From the NCBI GenBank assembly GCA_044892525.1, contig CM097887.1:25358001-25422000 (forward strand): a stretch of DNA of 64,000 bases. Reading direction: 5' to 3'. Below are positions 1 to 12,405 of this stretch, piece after piece. Source of the stretch: Schmidtea polychroa. Lineage: Eukaryota. The number at the start of each line of letters is the position of its first letter. The stretch's first letter is position 1. The position numbers and the translations under genes are program-made. Under the pieces are notes generated by a model. That model was not told the origin of the DNA, did not search any database, and worked only from the letters and a program-made list of their open reading frames with translations.

Positions 1-196
1 CATTACAAATATCTATTGGGTTTGATGTTTGAAGAGATTGAAAAACTATATCACCCCTACGATTTAAGTTTGCAATAGATCCTGAAGTTGGCGAGATTTT
101 TAAAATATCATTTTTCTTGATTTCATGAGTAAATTCTTTATTATAATCAAGATTTAATTTATTTTTTTCTTGAATTTTAAGATTTATATTATTCAT
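1..196 (-). CDS. Polinton major capsid protein, N-terminal 65 codons (partial)
   Basis: ATG at 196-194; colinear with 38905-39100 of the 431-aa capsid ORF, with few substitutions. Confidence 0.88.
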   Translation of the reverse strand, partial: MNNINLKIQEKNKLNLDYNKEFTHEIKKNDILKISPTSGSIANLNRRGDIVFQSLQTSNPIDICN

Positions 197-230
197 TTTT
201 ATTAATTAAAAATTTAAAAAATGACAAAAA

Positions 231-318
231 TCCGAACTCCGATAGCGCAGTGGGAATAGACTGGCACAGTGGTTCAAATGCTAGCGGTTCAAATCCTAAC
301 TACGGTTAGTTTTTTTTT
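231..318 (+). ncRNA. Putative Pol III small RNA cassette 1 (copy A)
   Basis: A-box TAGCGCAGTGG 243-253, B-box GGTTCAAATCC 286-296, hairpin CTAAC-TACG-GTTAG 296-309, T9 run 310-318. Confidence 0.6.
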
Positions 319-464
319 AACATAAAATAATATTAAAAATTTGAAAATAATATTGAAAATGGTGTGGGTATCTTAGATTTATATTTTATTTTATTTATTT
401 TTATTTTATTTTATTTATTTTATTTTATTTTTTTATTAATTAAAAATTTAAAAGATGACAAAAA

Positions 465-552
465 TCCGAACTCCGATAGCGCAGTGGGAATAGACTGGCA
501 TTGTGGTTCAAATGCTAGCGGTTCAAATCACGTCTGAGGTTAGTTTTTTTTT
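465..552 (+). ncRNA. Putative Pol III small RNA cassette 2 (copy A)
   Basis: A-box 477-487, B-box GGTTCAAATCA 520-530, T9 run 544-552; 234-bp tandem paralog of cassette 1 with a different 3' segment. Confidence 0.58.
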
Positions 553-1465
553 CAACATAAAATAATATTAAAAATTTGAAAATAATATTGAAAATAATTT
601 TTGAAAATAAATATTAAAAAAATATATAGTGTGGGTATCTTAGGAAATAAATCTTGTATATTTTATTTATTTTATTAATTAATTAATTTTTAAACATAAA
701 TATGAAAAAAAAAATATTGAAACGGGTGTGGTGGCGAACCGGTAATTATCGCCACCAGTCTTTCGAACACCCCCGGATCGATTCTATAATGTGCACATTT
801 ATTTCTCAGTTGTTTTCGGACCTCTTTCGGATTCACTTTCGAATTCATTTGTACTTTCGAGCAGCACGCTTAAAACGCCGATGAAATCGACTTCGAGCGA
901 GAAGCGAATAATAAGGTGTGCTGCTATTATCGGATTGATTCTGATATATAAGTCTGGCCAGCTTGTATATTGGAAGAGATTCGATAAACGAAAGAGGTTG
1001 AATAAAAAAATGATCCGGATCAAAAAAACTGTTGAGAGGACAGTGAAAAAAAAAAAAAAAAAAATACCACTGTCCTCTCAGAGCAGTTTTACTATTTTCA
1101 TAAAATTTTTTATTCTTCAAGATTAAGATTTATAAAATTATAAATTAGTCAAATAGCAACTTGCTAGTTGACATCCTCAAGTAGTGTGTTTATATCCCTA
1201 ACGACCGCAAGCCGACAAACGTTTTTCATAGTTTTATCAGTATTTTTTTCCCCGTTTTATTAATATTTTTGTTGTTTTTTTAATATTTTTGTTGTTTTTT
1301 TTAAGTCTTTATTTTGAAACCAAAATGTCTTCAGAATAAAGAAATTAAAATATATAGGTTTTTAGGGGTTTTAAGTGTTTTTTTTTACGTTTATGGGGGA
1401 AAAATAGGTATAAAACATGAAAACAGTGGGAGGCCTGTGGTCGTTAGGGATATATCCCCACTACT

Positions 1466-1748
1466 AATGAGATTTATGTGCTTGATGTTCCGAACAAATA
1501 AGTTCCAATCGTGGTGGAATATTTGACAAACAAACTCTTAATTCTTGATCAATGTTAACCATACGTTCCCGCTTCTTTGATTTAATTGACTGATTAACAT
1601 TTAAATTTGAAATAACTGTTAAAATATCCACAATTCAATTTCCTTTTATTAAGTTGTTTGGAAAAACAGGGTTTTTTTGACTTTTTTTAAAAAAAATTTC
1701 ACGGTACACCTGGGCACCCGCCACGGCACACCAGTTTGGACAACACTG
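1466..1748 (-). mobile_element. hAT (Buster/Charlie-like) remnant interrupted by Polinton copy A
   Basis: Terminus CAGTGTTGTCCAAACTGGTGTGCC at 1748 (minus strand). Minus strand encodes IKSKKRERMVNIDQELRVCLSNIPPRLELICSEHQAHKSH, a Buster-type transposase C-terminus that ends at the Polinton junction. Confidence 0.7.
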
Positions 1749-2069
1749 CTCTAAACAAACATGAAAACTCTTTGAAGGTTACACGATACCAAATGTTAAA
1801 CAAGTAAGATAATGAACGATAAATTAGTTGCAAAAGATTTATAAATTTTTGTATCATTTCACAACTGTTAGAAATTAAACTTTCGGCTGTCATCATTTTT
1901 TTACTGTATCTCAACATTGAGTTAATATGGTTTACACCATTTCCAAAATGAATCAATTATAAGCAGGTAACTTGTACATCATTATCAAATGATTTTTTGT
2001 GATTTGATAGAAAATGTAGCAACACATAATTTTATGATATTTCATTAATTTTCATTATGAAAATATATC

Positions 2070-2499
2070 CAGGGCCGTAACAAGGGCAGTGCCAGTGGTG
2101 CATTCGTACCGGGCGCACATCTAAAAGGGGATGTAACTGGGATGTAACATTTTTTTAATGTTAAAAAAAAATCAAAAAGATATCAAATTGCATGCACGAA
2201 AAAAGGGCACCCTAGCTAGCCTATCTTTAACATTACTGGTTGGACTGGTCCATTAACATGCTCTAGTAGGTGTGTATTTTGTAAAATGTTAGTCCACCTA
2301 ATGGGTTCCTGTCATTTTTTCAATTAGCAACAGAATTTTGAGAGCATTACCACCCATTATAATAGCTGGAGATGAATACATAGTTAACAATCTCAACATG
2401 AATATTATAATTATTATAGTAGACTGTTTTGAATTCGGGTTTTAGGGGCGCCAGATATTTGAACCGCACAGGGTGCAATAATACCTTGTTACGGCCCTG
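2070..2499. mobile_element. hAT-type MITE
   Basis: Perfect 16-bp TIR CAGGGCCGTAACAAGG; 8-bp TSD AATATATC at 2062-2069 and 2500-2507. Confidence 0.9.
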
Positions 2500-3139
2500 A
2501 ATATATCAAACATTTATTCTCTATGCAACACCAATTTTCGGTAATGCCTTAAAGTTTTGTTTCTCACAAAAATTGATGTTTGATCTATTGTCATAATGAA
2601 AATAAATGAATTATCAAAAAAAGAAGACAGATCAAAAGTGACGAAAAACTGAAACGAATAACTTACTAAAATTTATGTGCTTGTTTGTCATTTTAATGTT
2701 TGTAGGTAGAATTGGATATATTTTATGGTTTTTTGTGGTTCTATATGAATGCTATATGATAATTGTCTTTATTTTAATTATTTGATTTTATTATTTAGGT
2801 ATCTTCAACCACTGTAACAGATTTACATGCAGGTATAAATCACTCTAACATTTCTTATTTCGTCTGATTTATCGTTGAAACTGAATTCCAAATTGAATTG
2901 ATAATCATTGTTAGTAATCTATCGCTACTTATAATACTATCTGTCCTTGTATAACTATCTGTCCTTCCATAGCTATCTGTAATTATATACCTTTTGATCA
3001 ATCGGGCCTATTTAATATGATGATCCTTAAAACTCCTAAGAACCTATCAGACAGAGGCTGACGCTTCTCCTAATCAGCATTATAACTGGATGCCAACAAA
3101 ATTAATATAATTGTGGGACTCCAAACACTCCCAAACCGA

Positions 3140-3350
3140 AATGGATCTTAAAGGCCATGGCTTGCCATGATTATTCTAATGACTGCCGGATGGATACCAA
3201 ATATGGAAAACCTCTGAAAACATGTATCTGAGCCTTCCGAAACTGATGAAGCGAAAGAGATGACTTAAACCTTATACCCGATGGATCCTACAGGCCTTGG
3301 CTTGCAATGATTATTGACTGCCAGACGGATGCCGAAAAAATACCAACGTA
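3140..3350. repeat. Imperfect ~140-bp direct repeat
   Basis: Motif atggatc..aggcc.tggcttgc.atgattatt..gactgcc occurs near 3141 and near 3280. Confidence 0.5.
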
Positions 3351-3639
3351 CTAACGATTGAGCCGTGGCTTATCGTTCAGAGTTAAGAAATTAAGAATTT
3401 TAGAATTTTAAGGGTGAGAATTTCTCCCCTTATTAAAATAAAATAAAATTTGATTTTCAATGGCCCAAAACAATTCGATCTATTTGACTTTATTTTAATA
3501 AATTTTTTTAAAATTTAAGGGATATTTATATATTATAATTGCCAGAAAATTTTACATTTTTAAACAAAATATATCAATTGATCAGAAAAATTCTAAATCA
3601 ATAATTAGTAAACCAATTAGTAAAACCAAAAAATTATAT

Positions 3640-4016
3640 TGTAGCCCTAACAGCGAAATTAAGCCCTAGCAATTTTGATTTTTATATATATTAAATAAAA
3701 TTTCAGATCGTTATATATTGTTAAAAATTAAAAACATAGTTATATTAATATTAATAACTAACTAAGAGAGTTAGAATCGCATACAAGATCTGTTTATTTT
3801 TCAATTTTAAATGATCAAGACAATGTTTTAGAAGATGATATGGTTATACCAGAAAAAAACATTTTAATTGATTAAATTTTTATTTTGAATATTTTTATAA
3901 TTTTTAAAAGTTTATTTTTATTCCAAAACCTCCCGAAATTAAGCCCTAAGTGTATTTTTGCCAATTTTTAAAAAAATATATATTTAAGCCCGGGCTAAAT
4001 TTCGGAGAAACACGGT
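3640..4016. mobile_element. pogo/Tigger-like element right end
   Basis: Subterminal repeats cgaaattaagccct and terminus ...atttcggagaaacacggta; partner end not found. Confidence 0.4.
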
Positions 4017-4215
4017 ATTATATTTTCTCCCATAAATATTTATTCTCATCTCATTAAGAATTTAACGTTAATTATTAATATATCAACAAAAATTTCATTT
4101 TCACCAAGTAAAATATTAAATTTATTTTAAATTACTAATAAAATTTTCTAAAATACTAATATCAATTTATAATTTAACTGCATTTATTAAATATCTCTAT
4201 GTTTGCACTAGAACT

Positions 4216-4605
4216 ATGTATGCTCAGGTATACATCCAGGTTTTATACCAGTGTCTTCTATATGCCAATGTAACATTCCCTGGCAACAACTGGTATTTGC
4301 TACAAGGCCGTGGTACATGTCACACTTCACGGGTCACCATGGTACATCTGCATGATAATAGTGTTCGAGTATTAGATTGGCAAGCTAATTCACAAATTCT
4401 GAACCCGTTGAGAATATGGGGCGTGCTTAAGCAGAAAGTTCCCTCGCGTGATGTAATCAGCCTTCGTGAACTCACACAAAAAGCCATGAAAATCTTGAAT
4501 GAAGATGGTGCAATTCGTAAAATGTGTGTTGAGGTTCTCAAATATCAACTTGATGGTTCCTATATAAATAAGAACACAAACACTGGTTTAATAAAATGTA
4601 TTTGA
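4216..4605 (+). pseudogene. Tc1-family transposase C-terminal relic
   Basis: LLQGRGTCHTSR...VLDWQANSQILNPLRIWGVLKQKV is a degenerate version of QDNAPCHTS...WPxNSPDLNPIENIW. Confidence 0.7.
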
Positions 4606-5390
4606 TTATAACAATTACAAATAAAGTTAAAAATAAAATTAACAATCACCTCAANNNNNNNNNNNNNNNNNNNNNNNNNNNNNNNNNNNNNNNNNNNNNN
4701 NNNNNNNNNNNNNNNNNNNNNNNNNNNNNNNNNNNNNNNNNNNNNNNNNNNNNNNNNNNNNNNNNNNNNNNNNNNNNNNNNNNNNNNNCATGAGATCGGA
4801 TATGTAAAATAGGTATGCTCCAGATTATATTGCAATATCAATTTTTGAATTTGCAATTCTTCTTAGAAGCGCTTATTTTTTGGGTTATGTAAAATAGGTA
4901 TGCTCTAAATTATATTGCAATATCAATTTCTGAATTTTTTGGGTGATTTGACTGAGAAATCAATCTACTTATATATCAAAATTTTTGTTGACTAAATAAA
5001 CATGGTGCACTTAGCGCACTTAATTAAATAAAAAATCTCAGATCGTTCAATCAATTATTTTGTGGAGTGCTATATTACAATTCTCTGATTCGAGGTAGTG
5101 CACATAGTGCACAAAATAAATATTCAACCAACTGGTTGATTTTAAATAAACAAATTATTAGTTTTTGTTTTTTGTTTGATAAAATTTTAAAATTCGTTCC
5201 GAATCCTAAATAATAAAATAATCAATAAATTTTTTTAAGAACAGCAATTTGTAAATTTTTCTACTTAAAATAAATTATTTAAATATATACCTTTAGCAAT
5301 TTTATTCAATTAATCAAATAAAACCAATTTATCACTTGTGTTTATGAAACTTTTAGAAAAATCAATATATTATTATTAATAATCATGATG

Positions 5391-5391
<1 letters not shown>

Positions 5392-5457
<66 letters not shown>
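5392..5457. repeat. (TAA)n microsatellite
   Basis: About 22 tandem TAA units. Confidence 0.95.
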
Positions 5458-5460
<3 letters not shown>

Positions 5461-5662
5461 CAACCAACAGATAATAACGCTCAGAAAATTAAAATAAGAA
5501 TATATTAGTATTATTCATAACTTTAAATTAAAATATAATATATCTCCAAGAACCAATAAATCAATATAATTGTATAAATAGATGAATTATCAGATTTCAT
5601 CAAATTGTTAATAATAAGTTATCACAATAATGTTTATTCTTTTCATCACATAGATACCATCA

Positions 5663-5763
5663 TTATTGATTATTGTTCACATGTATATTTATTCTGTACC
5701 TATTTGTTCCTATTATGTAGTACTTGAGCTTCAAAGTCTTTAACATTCTTCCATATTCTAACA
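5663..5763 (-). mobile_element. 5' end of a diverged LTR (family 2) with ORF tail
   Basis: Minus strand starts TGTTAG and encodes LEYGRMLKTLKLKYYIIGTNRYRINIHVNNNQ*, homologous to the peptides at 24433, 49464 and 56589. Confidence 0.55.
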
Positions 5764-6080
5764 TGTGTACACAAATACTTGACAGCATGCTAGGTAGAGT
5801 TTGAGCCGGTTGAAAAGCATATGGAGACACTACAAATTATTAAAAAAAATTATTCATTGTATCAATTAAAAATTGGATATGTAATTATTGAAACCGAAAA
5901 TATTATTCTGTTAGCTTAAAAATTAATTTAAAATTAAAGGACTTCATTTCAAACATTTTATGTCTAAAAGAATGTACAAATGAATGAATATTGTTTTTAT
6001 ATTTTCATTCAAAGATTTATTCCAAAAATATATAATTATAAAAAAATATTATATAAAATATTATATAATTATAAAGATTT

Positions 6081-7000
6081 TGTTGAGGATACCTAAATGA
6101 TAATAAATAATAAATAAATTACCTGGGGAAAGATCGCCATGACAAAGAGGACGATTTATGGGAACTCAGAAAAGAAAACGGAAGTAAAAAAAATTAAAAA
6201 TGAGAAAAATAAATCAAATAAAAGAAAACAAACAAGAAATTAAAACAAAGGTCATTGTTAATTAAGAAGTACAAATGAAGGTGGATTTTCAAATTCCAGG
6301 AAAACAAATTAAGGGGAAAAGCCGTATCTTGACAGCTTGTCAAAGATAGCGAAATAGTCGGGAGAAGGCGGCTTAATAAAAAAGGAAAATGAAAAAATAT
6401 CTTGATATCTGTCAGAGATAAGGCTGACGTAGAGGAAAAGCAAAATGGAAAACAGAATCTGTCGCCAGTGCCACAAATAAAACTGACTATATAAAGCAAA
6501 ACAGTTGATCGAGAAAGGAGATCAAAAAGGAGAACGAAAACAGAATGAAAAGTAGAGCAAAAATATTACGAAACTAGAGACAAAAAGTAGAGTAAAATTA
6601 GAGACGAAAAGAGTTGAAAGGAGAATCAAAAATAGAGTGAAACGAGAAGTGACGAGAATCTTTTGTAAAATTAAATATAAAGTGGAAGTGGAGTAAATAA
6701 ATTGTGTGGTCAAAGAAAATAGAACAATCGATCAACGTATCCTGTAATTGAATAGTTAACTGCTAGTGATTATGGTTGTGATTACAGAAAGGGCTATTCA
6801 TCACGTAGTGTCGAAATAAGCTCTGTGTGATAAATTGGTTTATAGTTAATTGGTTGTAATTGAAATTTGTACAATTCCGTGTGGATATTAATAAAGCTTA
6901 TCGTGTTCGAGAGTGTTGACTTGTGAATTAATAAACACGCTTTGGAGTCAGAGTAAAAGTTTGAATTTACAAATATTGTCACCAACTCAACAACCCAACA
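6081..7000 (+). mobile_element. Solo LTR (family 1, Gypsy-like)
   Basis: TGTTG...CAACA ends, 4-bp TSD ATTT (6077-6080, 7001-7004), AATAAA near the 3' end; homologous to 26636-29090. Confidence 0.8.
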
Positions 7001-7189
7001 ATTTTAAAATAATTAATTTTTAAACAAATTTTATCTAATATATAAAGATGAAAGTTTGTTTGTTTGTTACCCATAGAATACAACGCAAAATTATATTTAA
7101 AAAAAAAGAATTATTTTGTTTTATTTTTTTTTGTTTTATTTTATTGAAAACCGGAGAGACTATAAGAAACGATGACCTAATATTTCCTC

Positions 7190-7498
7190 ATGAGTAAACT
7201 CGAAAGCTTTATCAAAAAAATATTTGACAAAACATTTGAAAATCAACATCATGACAAAGCAATCAGAATAGCATTGGAATGTGACAGACTAGACATTTTA
7301 GACAGAGCCATGGAGAATGTTAACTACGTAGAAGAGGCGTTCAAAAACGTACTGGAAATCACGTTGAAGACTGTCAGAGTTAAAATATATCGAAATGAAA
7401 TACTAATAAAGTTATTGGAAATAAGTATGAAAAAGCCGATGGCTGATTACATGAGTATTTATCGGATCTTTGTTCTTTTGAATGATTTCAAAATATGA
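7190..7498 (+). pseudogene. PSMD1: 26S proteasome subunit Rpn2/PSMD1 fragment
   Basis: KLESFIKKIF...KAIRIALECDRLDIL...YRNEILIKL...FVLLND matches my recollection of Rpn2 N-terminal RLEGIVNKMF...QAIGIALETRRLDVF...FRNKVLRVL...LIFLDD. In-frame stops on both sides; no further exons seen. Confidence 0.72.
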
Positions 7499-7549
7499 TT
7501 TCAAGACCAAATGAAATGTTTCTTGTAAGTAGACAGAAGTGTCCTACAT

Positions 7550-8040
7550 GAGTCATCACATACCCCAATGACTCATCGTGATGACTCATTGACGACTCAT
7601 CAAAGTCATATGACTAATCGATGACTCAACAAGGTCATTCTATTTTTAGTAACAAAGACAAAGACATCAATTTTTAGTGACATTTTGATCTATTTTTAAA
7701 AACATTGTTGATCCGATCAATGATCCGGTGACTCACAAAGGTCATTCAAGGACATATAACTCATAAAATTTACACAATGACGATTAATCATCATTTTTTA
7801 AACAATGACATTTAAACAAAGACGATGACTCATTGGCTACTCATCATTTTTAGAATAAGGACATTTAAACAAAGTCATGAAAACACTGCCACTCATCGAT
7901 GACTCATATATTTTTAGAACAAAGACAATGACTAACCATTTTTTGAAACAAAGCCAATGACTGATCATTTTTAGAACAAAGACATTTAAACAAAGTAATC
8001 TAAACAATAACTCGTCGATGACTCATAAAAACAGGACTCC
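7550..8040. repeat. Degenerate tandem array of gatgactcat and tttagaacaaagac motifs
   Basis: Many TGACTCA and tttagaacaaagacatttaaacaaag units; reverse-complement copy at about 9645-9735. Confidence 0.7.
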
Positions 8041-8705
8041 NNNNNNNNNNNNNNNNNNNNNNNNNNNNNNNNNNNNNNNNNNNNNNNNNNNNNNNNNNNN
8101 NNNNNNNNNNNNNNNNNNNNNNNNNNNNNNNNNNNNNNNNNNNNNNNNNNNNNNNNNNNNNNNNNNNNNNNNNNNNNNNNNNNNNNNNNNNNNNNNNNNN
8201 NNNNNNNNNNNNNNNNNNNNNNNNNNNNNNNNNNNNTTATTATAATTATTATTAGAAATATTTATCAATGTCAGGTGATAAATATCAGATATCAATTGAT
8301 GATTTCTTGGTAGCAGCATTTATTATTTAAAACAATAAAATGATAATTTAAGCCGTTTGCTGCAAATAATATATTTAATGAAAAAATTTTCGACTATAAG
8401 ATAAAAGNNNNNNNNNNNNNNNNNNNNNNNNNNNNNNNNNNNNNNNNNNNNNNNNNNNNNNNNNNNNNNNNNNNNNNNNNNNNNNNNNNNNNNNNNNNNN
8501 NNNNNNNNNNNNNNNNNNNNNNNNNNNNNNNNNNNNNNNNNNNNNNNNNNNNNNNNNNNNNNNNNNNNNNNNNNNNNNNNNNNNNNAAACATAACCATAT
8601 CTGATGTTGGTTTCATATTTTTCTTATAAAAAATATAGTCATTTTCTTCTTATTTCATAAAAAGTTGGTTTCATAATTCATAAATTTGTTTCATACGCAA
8701 TTAGA

Positions 8706-9286
8706 AATATACGCACACATACTCTATACTTTGTTCTAAAATGATGAGTTATTGTTACTCACATAGTAATAAATAATGTCATTGTTACTCACATAAAAAT
8801 TTAAACCTTGGACCCATCGAGGGTATGGTCTTTGAGGGTATGACCATTATACCCACCTTTGTATTACCTTTTGTTTGATGTATATATTATAAGGTTTTAA
8901 AATATTCGAAGGTTTTTGACTCTTTGAAGGTTATTGACCCACCATTTTATGGTATTGATTTTGCAATGTANNNNNNNNNNNNNNNNNNNNNNNNNNNNNN
9001 NNNNNNNNNNNNNNNNNNNNNNNNNNNNNNNNNNNNNNNNNNNNNNNNNNNNNNNNNNNNNNNNNNNNNNNNNNNNNNNNNNNNNNNNNNNNNNNNNNNN
9101 NNNNNNNNNNNNNNNNNNNNNTAAATAGTATTATTCACATTATAAAGACATGTTTTAGTCATGCACATGTAACGTGTAATTTAACAAAGATGTCTGTATA
9201 TAAGTAACAAAGACATTAATTGTTACTATGTGAGTAATAATGACTCATCATTTTAGAACAAAGCATAGAGTATGTGTGCGTATATT
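8706..9286. mobile_element. Fold-back MITE with ~90-bp TIRs (contains an N-gap)
   Basis: aatatacgcacacatactctatactttgttctaaaatgatgag... at 8706 and its near-perfect reverse complement ending at 9286. Confidence 0.7.
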
Positions 9287-11304
9287 ACCCTATCCTATCG
9301 GTATTCTGATTGGATAGACGTTGCATATACTCTATACTTTGTAATTCATTTTTCAAAATGCTCGTGGTTCGATAAGTAAATTATAATTATTATGTTTTTA
9401 ATTATTATGTTTTTAGGAATTATGAAACCAATATAAGAAATGTTTATGTTTTTATGTAATTACTTTGAAAATAGTATTTTGAAAATAACTTGGAAAATAA
9501 TAATAAAAATAATAATTATAATAATAATAATATTACCTTGAAAAATTATACTATATGATATTGAAAATAATAATAATAATAATATTATATTATTTTGAAA
9601 AATAATAATAGGATATTGAAAATACTAATAATATTAATAATAACATCTTTGTTCTAGTGGATTCCTGTTTTCATGAGTCATTGTCTTTGTTCTAAAAAGG
9701 ACGAGTCTTTGTTTAAATGTCTTTGTTTAAATGTTTTCGTTTACATATGTGAAAATATTTTTGTTTTTAATTTAAATTCTTTTGAATTTCTGTTTTGTGT
9801 GAGTTTTATTTTATATAAAAAACACTATTTATAATAATTATAATTAAATAAAAATTTCATCTATTTTCACTATGACAAAAGATTAAAAATCAATTTTCTA
9901 TGCGCATAAGTTTTGTCTGTCTTCATCAAGTGTAAAAGACCAATTCATTAGAGACTAATTGTAAGACCCCACAAAATGGAGACCTACCAAAGTTTTATAA
10001 ATGAAGTCACGGCAAAATTGAATGTGATTGGATACAGCTTAATTAATGATAATGCTTCCATTCAATCAAAATTTTCAAAATTTCAATCAAAAAATTCCAT
10101 TTTATCAAAATAATTTCATCGAATATTTGCCTCAATACGGTTCATAGCATTCGGAAGACAATATCAATAGCAAATGGATTCTGTTTAATGCTCTTCCGAG
10201 GAGATTGGATGTTGTCAAAGAAACTTTCAAAAATCAACTGAATAGAGAAGATTAATAAAATCTCAAAAACATTTTTGTTCATATTCGAGGTTTTTTTCAT
10301 AAATGTATTAAAATCAGAAATGTTTGGTGATCATTTTAAGTGTAAATATATTTAACTTACTTTAAATCGAAATAAACCCAAAATTTGATGCATAAATCAT
10401 AAAAGCTGCTGAATTTTGTATAAAAGTTATATTTATGAGTTTAAATGATGACCTCAAATCATTATGAGATCAAATTTCAAGCCTTAGAATATACTTTTCT
10501 CACTTACTTTAAGTAAAATAGTTTCCAAAAATTGTAAGAAATAATCACAAAAATGATGACTAATGTAGTTGGTTTACATATCAAGATGTGATTATAGATG
10601 TGACTATTCCTGGAAAACTGGTATATCTATAGCAGGGCCGAAGAGAGGGGGATGACAGGTGTTTTCCCGGGGCTCCGGAGAGGTGCACTAAAATTTTTAA
10701 TCGTAACAGAAAAACTTGAAAACTACACAGACAAATTACAACTGTTGATCTACTTCTTTTCGTATGGTAAATCAACGTTTTTTCCGTTGATTCTGATCTT
10801 AAAGATTTTTCGATGGATTCAATGGTTTTTACCTTTGATTTATCGTTAAATGAAGATTTTTAAATTTTTTCAAATTCAAATCAACTGTGAAATGGCGTAT
10901 TTACTCTCTTTTAAACATCAAATCAAATATGAAAACTTTCAAATTAATGAAAAATTCATTGATTTAAAATTTTTGTAAATATTTTCAGAAAACCATTGAA
11001 TCAATTGATTTCACCGCTGATTTTTTTCCTCTGTATGTAAAATGATAAATTGTCGGTGTGGGCCAGAGATTATAAGTAACTAGATAGAACATGTCTATTG
11101 TTCTCATTTGCAAAGGTGTTGTCGAAAAAAAAATCAGATTTAGTAGGGACAACAAAATCCGTTACAAAAACCGCAGATTGCGATGTAATTGTTTTGGCGC
11201 TGTCCTCTGCGGTTTCAATAGCTGATTTTTATAGATTCTATAGTGAACGTTTTTACTTATTGTTATATCAATTTATTATATCAATTTAATATATCAATTT
11301 AATA

Positions 11305-11643
11305 CAGTGGTTCTCAACCCGTGTTCCGCGAAAAAAATGACATTTAATCTTTAAATTTGCATTTAAGATACATATCATCAAAAACCTCAATTAACTTTTT
11401 ATAAGATGATTCTATACGAAAGCCGTTACACAGATATATAAACATAAAAGTGTTTTTATTGCTTGTTATTGTTGCGCGTGGTATTTAATTTGCTTATAAG
11501 AAGGCATTGTTTACGTTTACGATAGATTTATAGTAATTTGTGATTGGTCACTCATTGTGGGCAAGTATTTTTTTTGTCAGTGTTCCGCGTAAATAAATCA
11601 TGAGAATGGTGTTCCGCGCTTTTATATTAATTGAGAACCACTG
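11305..11643. mobile_element. hAT Charlie/SPIN-like MITE
   Basis: TIR CAGTGGTTCTCAA; TSD atttaata/acttaata (7/8). Confidence 0.85.
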
Positions 11644-12405
11644 ACTTAATATATCAATTTATTATATCAATTCACTTATTTTCATTTTTGTCATTTATTT
11701 TACAACTTATTTCGCTTTTGGGGTGATATGTTTTATAAAAGAATCATTCAGATCTGCGAATAAAATAAAAAAAAATTAAAATAAATAATTTGAAATTAAA
11801 TAATTAATTTATTAAAAACTAAATTAAAATTAAATTTACAATTAAATTAATATGAGATACATAAAAAAATAGAAAAAATTCCTATATTTATATGAAAAAC
11901 AAATTTTTTTTAAATTTATATAATGATATAATATTCAGAAAAAGATTAATATATTTAGAATAGGGAAACCATTATTAAAAAGTGACTTTATTTTGTAAAA
12001 TATGGCAAAATATGTTAAAGGAAAATAAAAAATGCATTTATTCAAATGCTTTAATAATTTCAAATATTTCGAAATTTCATCTGCTTCAATTAATGAAATT
12101 ACACTAAAAATTTAAATTTCAATTATTAAAATTAAAATGAAGTAATTAAGTAAATAAGTATTAAAATTTTAAATAAGACTCAATTATTTTAATATAATTT
12201 TAAAAATGCTAACAATATTTATTGCTTAAAATTGATTTGTAGAATTAATTAGTTTTTTTTACTATATAAATTTTCATGCCATTTTTATCCATCATAATAA
12301 TTTAATTAAATTTTATTAAAGAAAATGTTTTTTAAAAAAATCAAATATAACGAAATATTTCATTTTAATATTTTTATGAATTTTTATTGCTAATGACAAT
12401 AATCA

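Larger units (their letters stand above)
1..1465. mobile_element. Polinton/Maverick copy A, right-hand end (continues beyond window start)
   Basis: Near-identical to 38905-40349. Ends in ...gggatatatccccACTACT at 1465. The flank (aatgag) differs from copy B, so this is an independent insertion. Confidence 0.93.

Noticed and set aside
231-552. Functional tRNA genes
   Set aside because: T-stem and acceptor stem do not pair and no anticodon arm is definable; kept only as Pol III-type cassettes.
231-645. CRISPR-like array
   Set aside because: Only two long units with near-identical intervening sequence in a eukaryotic virus-like element; no cas genes.
3240-3275. Hammerhead ribozyme (CTGATGA..GAAA)
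   Set aside because: Stems I and III cannot be formed.
6194-6713. Phe/Leu-rich minus-strand ORFs (also 27127-27411 and 56311-56538)
   Set aside because: Antisense readings of low-complexity LTR or repeat sequence.
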